Origin: a virus
Taxonomy: Duplodnaviria; Caudoviricetes
Reading direction: 5' to 3' (one strand)
DNA: 62,867 nt
IMG/VR virus record: IMGVR_UViG_3300032050_000130
Location: 1 to 62,867 of that record
Shown here piece after piece: positions 57,044 through 62,867 of the stretch. The position numbers and the translations under genes were made by a program. The notes under the pieces were generated by a model that searched no databases, had not been told where the DNA came from, and saw nothing but the letters and a program-made list of their open reading frames with translations. How positions within the stretch are numbered: position 1 is the stretch's first letter; the number at the start of each line of letters is the position of its first letter.

Positions 57044-59289
57044 AAATTCAAATTTAATGTTAATGAAATTGTTTGTTCGTTGTTTGTTTTTATCAAATTT
57101 CGGTTTTGTAACTTTTGATAATAGATTGATGGTTGCGCAAGTACATCACCTATTGCCAATTTTATTTCACCTTTATTCAATTTGTGTAAAAGAGTTATAT
57201 CCAATACATCTCTACTATTTTCAAAGATGTTTGGGTAACCCTGAAATCCTACTGCTGATATTCTATCTCCAACTCTATTGTAAGTTATGTTGATAGTATT
57301 TTTCTTTTTGTGTATATTCACTCCACCATTTAACACATAGTTTGATTGTCCCTGCAATTGTCTTTTCATACCATTCACTTCTACTTCGGAATTCATTACC
57401 GAAAGATTTGTGTAGAAATCAAACCAACCATTTATTTTTTTACGAACTTCCAACTCAACACCATATAGGATAGCTGAATTGGGATTTGTATAAGTTAATA
57501 ATAAGTTTGATGGAACTGAACCATCTGCTACAATTTGTTCAATTGGTTTAATGAAGTTCTTACCAAATAAGGAAAGTGAAATATTCTCACCTGCCTTTGG
57601 ATACCATTCGTATTTAAGGTCTACATTATATATGTCAGATTTTTCTAACTTTGAGTTTCCTAATATTTGTGCGTTTCTTACAAAATCATAATAAGCAAAA
57701 TTAGCTACTTCTCTAAACTCTGGTCTTGCTAATGTTTTACTTAATGAAAATCTATACTTTGTTTTTTCTTCGTTGTATGAAAGATTTAGGGATGGTAGTA
57801 TATCCAAATACTCTCTATCTACATTTACCTTCTGTCCACTAAAATCTGCGGTTGATACATCAAATAAATTATACTCACCTCTTAATCCGGTGTTTAATTT
57901 CCATTTACCGAATTCAGTATCATACATTGTGTAAAGAGAACCCAAATCAAAATCGGCTGTGTATTTATCCGTATTGTTTGTAATTTCATCCATCAAATCA
58001 GTTGACTGATATCTAAATACTCTAGCATTGAATCCTCTAATCTTTTTTAAGTATCCACCACCTACTTTTACTTTACCAAATTCTTTATTGATATTACCAT
58101 TAAAAGAGTTCTCATCCATTACACTCCAAAAACGATATGTATCTCTCCATGCGGTTTGGTATGGTTCGTTTACTCCTAATGATTTTGTAATTGGATTAAC
58201 TCTATAATCGGGTTGCTCTCTAAAGATGTAATTGTATCCTAAATTAAAATCTAATGTTTTAATCTTACCATCGAATTGTGAATTAATTACAACGTTATTA
58301 ATATGATTTGACGATGTACTTCTTACGTTCTGAATATTATCAAAATTATCACCATTACGGGTTAGATATGTATCATCGGACTGATAGTTTACTAATGTTT
58401 TCCAACTATATCGATTTTTACCTAAATAAGTTAAATTTAATAAACCATTTGCAGAAAATCTTTTTGTAAATAAAGTATCTTTATAATCGTATGCTAATTC
58501 GGTAGATGATTGATAATCTTTTCTATCAATATAGTTTAAAACAAATGAGTTTCTAATTGTAGAACTTAATAATGCATTCCATTTACCTTTTTTATATCCA
58601 GCTGATAATCCACCATTTAAATTTGGCAATGAAGTAAATCCTTCTACCATTGGGTTACCAAATTGTTTCGTAAATAATCTTTTATCACCATTTCCGCTAA
58701 TTCTGTATTTGTAAGTAGATGGGAAGGTGGAAGGGAAATCAGTAGGTTGAACTAACTTGAAATCTTTCGAAGTTGAAACCGAGCCCCAACCACTTCCCAA
58801 TGAGATATTAAAAAAGTTATCGGATACTTCTTTTGTTGAAACTTGCACCAAACCACCGGCCCAATCACCTGGTTGATTTGCGGATGCCGATTTAGCAACT
58901 ATAATATTATCAATTAAAGATGTTGGAATTATATCAAATGAAAATGCTCTTCTGTCAGGTTCAGTTGATGGTAATAGGGTTTTGTTTAATAAAGCCGAAT
59001 TGTATCTATCCGCTAATCCTCTTACTAATACAAACTTATCGTTTTGTATTGTTACGCCACTTACTCTTTTAAGTGCATCACCCACATTTCTGTCAGGTGT
59101 TTTTTTAATAAAATCAATAGATACTCCGTCCGAAACTACGGATGAATTACGAATTGTAGTTATTACAGCTGCTTCGGTGGATTTCTTGCCTGCCGAACGG
59201 ACTGTTACCGTTGATAATTGTTTGGAAAATAGGGTGTCTTGCGAATACGTTACAAATGGAAGTAACAATAATAAAAGAAACGATTTCAT
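57040..59289 (-). CDS. TonB-dependent receptor
   Basis: Signal peptide; plug motifs DALKRVSGV, VRGLADRYN, FSFDIIP and AGGLV; barrel motifs LPSLNLSY, RPEFRE, GN..L, DLKYEWY and GVELE. Confidence 0.92.
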   Translation of the reverse strand: MKSFLLLLLLPFVTYSQDTLFSKQLSTVTVRSAGKKSTEAAVITTIRNSSVVSDGVSIDFIKKTPDRNVGDALKRVSGVTIQNDKFVLVRGLADRYNSALLNKTLLPSTEPDRRAFSFDIIPTSLIDNIIVAKSASANQPGDWAGGLVQVSTKEVSDNFFNISLGSGWGSVSTSKDFKLVQPTDFPSTFPSTYKYRISGNGDKRLFTKQFGNPMVEGFTSLPNLNGGLSAGYKKGKWNALLSSTIRNSFVLNYIDRKDYQSSTELAYDYKDTLFTKRFSANGLLNLTYLGKNRYSWKTLVNYQSDDTYLTRNGDNFDNIQNVRSTSSNHINNVVINSQFDGKIKTLDFNLGYNYIFREQPDYRVNPITKSLGVNEPYQTAWRDTYRFWSVMDENSFNGNINKEFGKVKVGGGYLKKIRGFNARVFRYQSTDLMDEITNNTDKYTADFDLGSLYTMYDTEFGKWKLNTGLRGEYNLFDVSTADFSGQKVNVDREYLDILPSLNLSYNEEKTKYRFSLSKTLARPEFREVANFAYYDFVRNAQILGNSKLEKSDIYNVDLKYEWYPKAGENISLSLFGKNFIKPIEQIVADGSVPSNLLLTYTNPNSAILYGVELEVRKKINGWFDFYTNLSVMNSEVEVNGMKRQLQGQSNYVLNGGVNIHKKKNTINITYNRVGDRISAVGFQGYPNIFENSRDVLDITLLHKLNKGEIKLAIGDVLAQPSIYYQKLQNRNLIKTNNEQTISLTLNLNL

Positions 59290-59361
59290 AAAGTCATTTA
59301 AGTTAGTTCCTCAATAACTATGTAATCGTTTCTCTAAATAGGGTATTTCAATATTAAGAAA

Positions 59362-59697
59362 TTATGAAGAAATTCCACAAAGTGTTAAGAATTCAGATGC
59401 ATTATGTATTACATCTTCTGATTTGAATTTTCTTAACATAGCCTCTGCTATTTCCTTTCTATTGTTCATATCATCTACCATACGAATAATTTCAGCAACA
59501 CCTACAACCATATCTCTATCGTTTTCATGACCTGGCGCAACTTCTACTTCTTTGATTGGAGTATTATCGTTTCCACATTTGTGACAAGTATATGGATGTT
59601 TCCTACCTTCGGATATTTTCCAAGTCCAATCACACTTATCGCAAATTACTTTACCATTAGAAACTTTTTCTTTTAATAAACTACTTAATCTTATCAT
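59362..59697 (-). CDS. Small Zn-ribbon protein with MIRLSSLLKE leader
   Basis: CDKC and CHKC pairs; an internal IKE site. Confidence 0.7.
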   Translation of the reverse strand: MIRLSSLLKEKVSNGKVICDKCDWTWKISEGRKHPYTCHKCGNDNTPIKEVEVAPGHENDRDMVVGVAEIIRMVDDMNNRKEIAEAMLRKFKSEDVIHNASEFLTLCGISS

Positions 59698-59981
59698 TAT
59701 TTTAATTTATTATAAAATTTATCGTATATAGTTTGCTTAATTTGTATAGGTAATTTTAATTTTCTATCTTTAATATAATCATCTAACTTGACCGATTTTA
59801 CGGAATACTTATAATCAAATTTAGCCATTGGTTTTGATTTTAAAGTTATGTCTACCAATGTATCTCCATTTTTATCCCAGCCCTTAGATGGATAAGATAA
59901 AACGGTATCTTTTAAAAATTCTTCAAAAGAAACTTTTTTTGATTTTTTTACTTCTTTTAATAAACTACTTAATTTTATCAT
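59697..59981 (-). CDS. Small protein with MIKLSSLLKE leader
   Basis: Start moved to 59981, which removes the overlap with the upstream gene. Confidence 0.7.
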   Translation of the reverse strand: MIKLSSLLKEVKKSKKVSFEEFLKDTVLSYPSKGWDKNGDTLVDITLKSKPMAKFDYKYSVKSVKLDDYIKDRKLKLPIQIKQTIYDKFYNKLK

Positions 59982-59982
59982 A

Positions 59983-60591
59983 TTATTTACATTTTTTCCA
60001 ACCACCACCTTTTGATTTGTAGTTCTTTGCAGCCCATCCGTTTGCATACGCAGATGGATATACATCGAATTTCTTTTTAGCGGCAGATTTAGATGCTGAC
60101 CATTTACCTGGGTCAGTTGGACAATTCTTTTCCAAGAATAATTCCAGTTTTTCTTCTATTGTCATGATTTCGTTTTTCTTTTTACCAGCACAATGTGCTT
60201 TTTGTGAGAATCCTTTTGGGTTAGAACAATTGATTGAGTTCTTATATTTTGTACTCCACTTTTCTTCCAATCCTTCACTAGCTCCTGTCTTTACAAATGT
60301 TGGTTTTTGACCTTTTGATTTTTCACCACCTTTCTTAGCATCTCCTGCTTTGGATTGTGCAGCTCTTTTTCTTTTTACAAATGTAGCAATACCATCTTTA
60401 CCTAACTTAGCTGCTTTTTCTTTTGATAAACAAGCTGCATATGAATCTCCTTTCTCACTATCTCCACATTTACCAGCTTTCTCTCCTTTAGTATTATATC
60501 TATCCCAGCCACCACCAGTAGTAGAGCCTTCACCACCTTTACCAAACCATTTGCGGAGGTCTTCGTTTAATATTGATTTTAATTCAATCAC
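59983..60591 (-). CDS. Basic multi-module protein (DUF5872-like C-terminus) with MIELKSILNE leader
   Basis: EDLRKWF; EKWSTKYKNSINCSNPKGFSQKAHC; KKKFDVYPSAYANGWAAKNYKSKGGGW. Confidence 0.7.
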   Translation of the reverse strand: MIELKSILNEDLRKWFGKGGEGSTTGGGWDRYNTKGEKAGKCGDSEKGDSYAACLSKEKAAKLGKDGIATFVKRKRAAQSKAGDAKKGGEKSKGQKPTFVKTGASEGLEEKWSTKYKNSINCSNPKGFSQKAHCAGKKKNEIMTIEEKLELFLEKNCPTDPGKWSASKSAAKKKFDVYPSAYANGWAAKNYKSKGGGWKKCK

Positions 60592-60698
60592 TATTTTAAT
60601 TTATTTAATATTGCTAAATTTGCATCTATTAATTTCTTTTTCTTCAAACCACTTCTTCTACTTCTCATTGGTTTTGGTTTTTTTGCTGCACTTCCCAT
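60591..60698 (-). CDS. Very small basic protein (35 aa)
   Basis: Translated by hand as MGSAAKKPKPMRSRRSGLKKKKLIDANLAILNKLK; fills the gap exactly and its TAG overlaps the next GTG start. Confidence 0.55.
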   Translation of the reverse strand: MGSAAKKPKPMRSRRSGLKKKKLIDANLAILNKLK

Positions 60699-60702
60699 AT
60701 TA

Positions 60703-61431
60703 TTACTTAGCGAATACGCCCTTTTTAATTAATTTATCTAAAATGTTTGCACATGCTACATCCAATGCTTTCTTAGTTGAAATACTAATTGTTGATTGGT
60801 TAAACTTAATTGGGTCTATTGAAGCATCCGAAACTAATGTTAATTGTCTAGTTGTTTTTGCTTCACCCAAACCAGATGCTGCTATAATTGCTCCAGTTTC
60901 TGCATTTGTGAATCTAACCTGTAAACCTAAACGAGTTACCATATTATCTTTAATACCATCCTTTAGGTTGATAGTTTCATCTTCCGATACTGAATAATCA
61001 TACACCTCAATTTCTACAAAGTAGTGTGCTAATTTAATATTTCCTCTACCATTAATTTTGTTTTCAGAAATTCCAGCGTTTGATGCTTTGAATTGTTGCA
61101 CCATTCTGTTTTTGATTTCAGTTTTATCTTCGGTGAATTCGAATCTATTAAGATTATCCAAATATTCTAATACGATGTTTGCAACACCCAATCCAACTCT
61201 CTTTTCTTTTAGTTCAGGATACATTTCGTACACTTCTTCACCAATACCACACTTTAGAATTTGTATGTACTTTTTAGGTCCTTCATAATCCATATAAGCA
61301 GATATATCTCTTTTCTTTTCAAAATCCGCCTTAAATTCTTCCGTCTTTGTACTTCCTATTGTTTGCGCAGTTACTACACTTACACCACTCGTAATCAACA
61401 ATATACCTAATAATACTAATAATTTTTTCAT
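60703..61431 (-). CDS. CsgG/HfaB-like exported protein
   Basis: Signal peptide; GLGVANIVLEYL..LNRFEFTE...AHYFV..EVYDY...LQVRFTNAETG.II...G.G fits the CsgG-like fold; no lipobox Cys. Confidence 0.65.
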   Translation of the reverse strand: MKKLLVLLGILLITSGVSVVTAQTIGSTKTEEFKADFEKKRDISAYMDYEGPKKYIQILKCGIGEEVYEMYPELKEKRVGLGVANIVLEYLDNLNRFEFTEDKTEIKNRMVQQFKASNAGISENKINGRGNIKLAHYFVEIEVYDYSVSEDETINLKDGIKDNMVTRLGLQVRFTNAETGAIIAASGLGEAKTTRQLTLVSDASIDPIKFNQSTISISTKKALDVACANILDKLIKKGVFAK

Positions 61432-61457
61432 ACATATCTATTTTTTATATAAATATC

Positions 61458-62351
61458 TTAAAATTGAAAGTTCGTACCAATCATAAACATAATTGGATTA
61501 GATTTCTTATAACCTACCGATTCTGATAATTTATCCCAAGTTGTGTTATATCTGATATTGGTGTTTAATATAAACCTTTTAGTTATTTTCCAATCCATAG
61601 ATGTACCATAATATAAGTCCAAATTGAAATCATTCAAATATGCTAAATCTGATTCAGTACCATCTTTGAATACTTTGTAGATATCACTCATAGCAAATAT
61701 TTGTGGTGATATATTAACTCTTTTTGTTTTAAGTGTATATGTGTACATTAACATTCCTTTGTAAGTAGTTTGTGATGATGCTGGCATTTGTGGATAAATC
61801 AAATCTAAAAAATCACCATTGATATCAATCGTATATTTTCCTTCCCACTCACCTTGATATGAATCCCAATATGTTTTTGATGCCGTTAAACTATATCCAA
61901 ATGTTCCAAACTTTTTAGTTCTGAATACATCTATAAATGAAATGTTAATATCTTTTTGGAAATCAAAATCCGTTGAATAAAATGTTTGTATCGTTGTTGT
62001 TCTCTTATCGGTATTTCTACTAAAACCATAACCTACTCCATAATAATTCCATATAGGATTTATTGATGCGGCAAATGAGTGTCCCCATTTACCATTCATT
62101 GATGATTTGCTATACCCTAAATTTAAAGTAGTTGATACCTGCTTTCCTATTATACCAACTGATAAGTTTGATGATGAAAGAACATCTTTTGAAAAATCAA
62201 TATAAGATTGTAATATACCCACATCATTCCAGTCATCGCTCTCTCCAAATAATTCTTTTGCAGATAATTGTAATGTATCAGGTTTTACAATTTGTGCGTT
62301 TGAAACAAAACCTATACAAAATAAGAATACTATGATTATTAGTTTTTTCAT
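61458..62351 (-). CDS. Predicted outer-membrane beta-barrel protein
   Basis: Signal peptide from MKKLIII at 62351 (VSNA-Q); alternating aromatic strands; ends in FMIGTNFQF. Confidence 0.7.
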   Translation of the reverse strand: MKKLIIIVFLFCIGFVSNAQIVKPDTLQLSAKELFGESDDWNDVGILQSYIDFSKDVLSSSNLSVGIIGKQVSTTLNLGYSKSSMNGKWGHSFAASINPIWNYYGVGYGFSRNTDKRTTTIQTFYSTDFDFQKDINISFIDVFRTKKFGTFGYSLTASKTYWDSYQGEWEGKYTIDINGDFLDLIYPQMPASSQTTYKGMLMYTYTLKTKRVNISPQIFAMSDIYKVFKDGTESDLAYLNDFNLDLYYGTSMDWKITKRFILNTNIRYNTTWDKLSESVGYKKSNPIMFMIGTNFQF

Positions 62352-62363
62352 ATTCATAAATAT

Positions 62364-62392
62364 AAAAAAGGGAGAAACGATGTTCTCCCTTT
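62364..62392 (-). terminator. Rho-independent terminator
   Basis: Minus strand GGGAGAA-CATCGT-TTCTCCC followed by a T run. Confidence 0.85.
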
Positions 62393-62395
62393 AAT

Positions 62396-62867
62396 TTACT
62401 TTACATTTGGGTCTTCTAGATTTTTGATATATTCATCAATTAATCTACTTACGGCTTCAGGTTTATCATCCGCCTTAAACTTAACCTTTATTTTAGCCAT
62501 ACCTGTTTCATGTGGATTAAATCCAGAATCAACCTCAATACCTTTGATATTGTGTTCATATCCTTTTTTCTTAAATAACCCTAATAGAGATTTTTTAAGA
62601 CTGGATACTTCTTTATCTTCATCACCAAATATAAGTCTACAAGAGAACTCAATATCTAGTTCATCCAATCCAATAGATGAGTGGTCTGCTAAAATATAAA
62701 GAGGTACAACCAAATCCTTACCACCTATATTAAAAGTGTGAGTTTTGGGTGTACCATCTTCATTGAAATAGTTTCGGAGAGCATTAATATGCTGTCTTTC
62801 ACTTATACCTTGAGAAACCATGGCGGCCTCTAAAAGACCGCCAACTAGTTCCTCTACATTTAATCTT
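62396..62867 (-). CDS. DUF2589-like protein (5'-truncated by the window edge)
   Basis: The frame stays open upstream of the listed ATG (..RLNVEELVGGLLEAAMVSQ); LVVPLYILA..SIGLDELDIEF and PEAVSRLID resemble DUF2589. Confidence 0.6.
   Translation of the reverse strand, partial: RLNVEELVGGLLEAAMVSQGISERQHINALRNYFNEDGTPKTHTFNIGGKDLVVPLYILADHSSIGLDELDIEFSCRLIFGDEDKEVSSLKKSLLGLFKKKGYEHNIKGIEVDSGFNPHETGMAKIKVKFKADDKPEAVSRLIDEYIKNLEDPNVK

Noticed and set aside
55847-59289. Host chromosomal contamination or prophage boundary at the TBDR
   Set aside because: It is flanked on both sides by phage-type genes with the same strand and similar composition, and neighbouring genes carry the phage promoter motif; no integrase or att-like repeat seen.
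4027-62363. TATAAATA as T4-type late promoters driving plus-strand transcription
   Set aside because: No plus-strand genes follow them (except possibly the RHH gene); the spacing fits minus-strand starts instead.
675-62699. The many plus-strand ORFs in the track (e.g. 1323-1892, 53985-54668, 60350-60997)
   Set aside because: They lie antisense to well-supported minus-strand genes and have no recognisable motifs.
1-62867. Stop-codon reassignment as seen in some large Bacteroidota phages
   Set aside because: Long genes are intact in the standard code, coding density is high, and TAG ends genes at sensible positions (e.g. 15451, 27441, 35440).
1-62867. tRNA, rRNA, DGR or retron elements, and the major capsid gene
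   Set aside because: Intergenic gaps are short and AT-rich with no cloverleaf seen; no reverse transcriptase or template/variable repeat pair; no gp23-like ORF in the window (it may lie beyond the left edge).

Overview
A 62.9-kb, AT-rich segment of a large T4-like (myovirus-type) phage genome in the standard genetic code, with almost every gene on the minus strand. The host is probably Bacteroidota: two TTTG-N20-TAnnTTT(G/A) promoters and Bacteroidota-type outer-membrane genes support this. In transcription order (right to left) the window holds: (1) a cluster of predicted envelope proteins (DUF2589-like, beta-barrels, CsgG-like, TonB-dependent receptor plus lipoprotein) interleaved with small proteins that share an N-terminal MI(K/R)LxxLL(K/N)E leader; (2) baseplate genes (gp5-like hub, SGNH and SleB-like enzymes, gp25, gp6, gp7-like); (3) an inserted primase plus fused Mre11-Rad50 block and one plus-strand RHH regulator; (4) a 2512-aa tail protein, a chaperone and a Thr-rich mucin-like protein; (5) a protein-glycosylation cassette (GT-A/radical SAM fusion, GT4/GT25-like fusion, TibC/Aah-like heptosyltransferase, HldE-type nucleotidyltransferase); (6) the head module (multi-domain internal protein, terminase, portal, prohead protease). 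The best candidate for a new system is the mucin-like fibre with its own O-glycosylation machinery, possibly acting on the [S/T]-[G/A/S]-S motifs that recur in the tail proteins. The second is a set of cargo proteins addressed to the capsid and processed by the prohead protease, including an Ntn-hydrolase whose putative catalytic Cys sits directly after an L-S-E site. All family assignments come from reading motifs by eye; no database searches were run.
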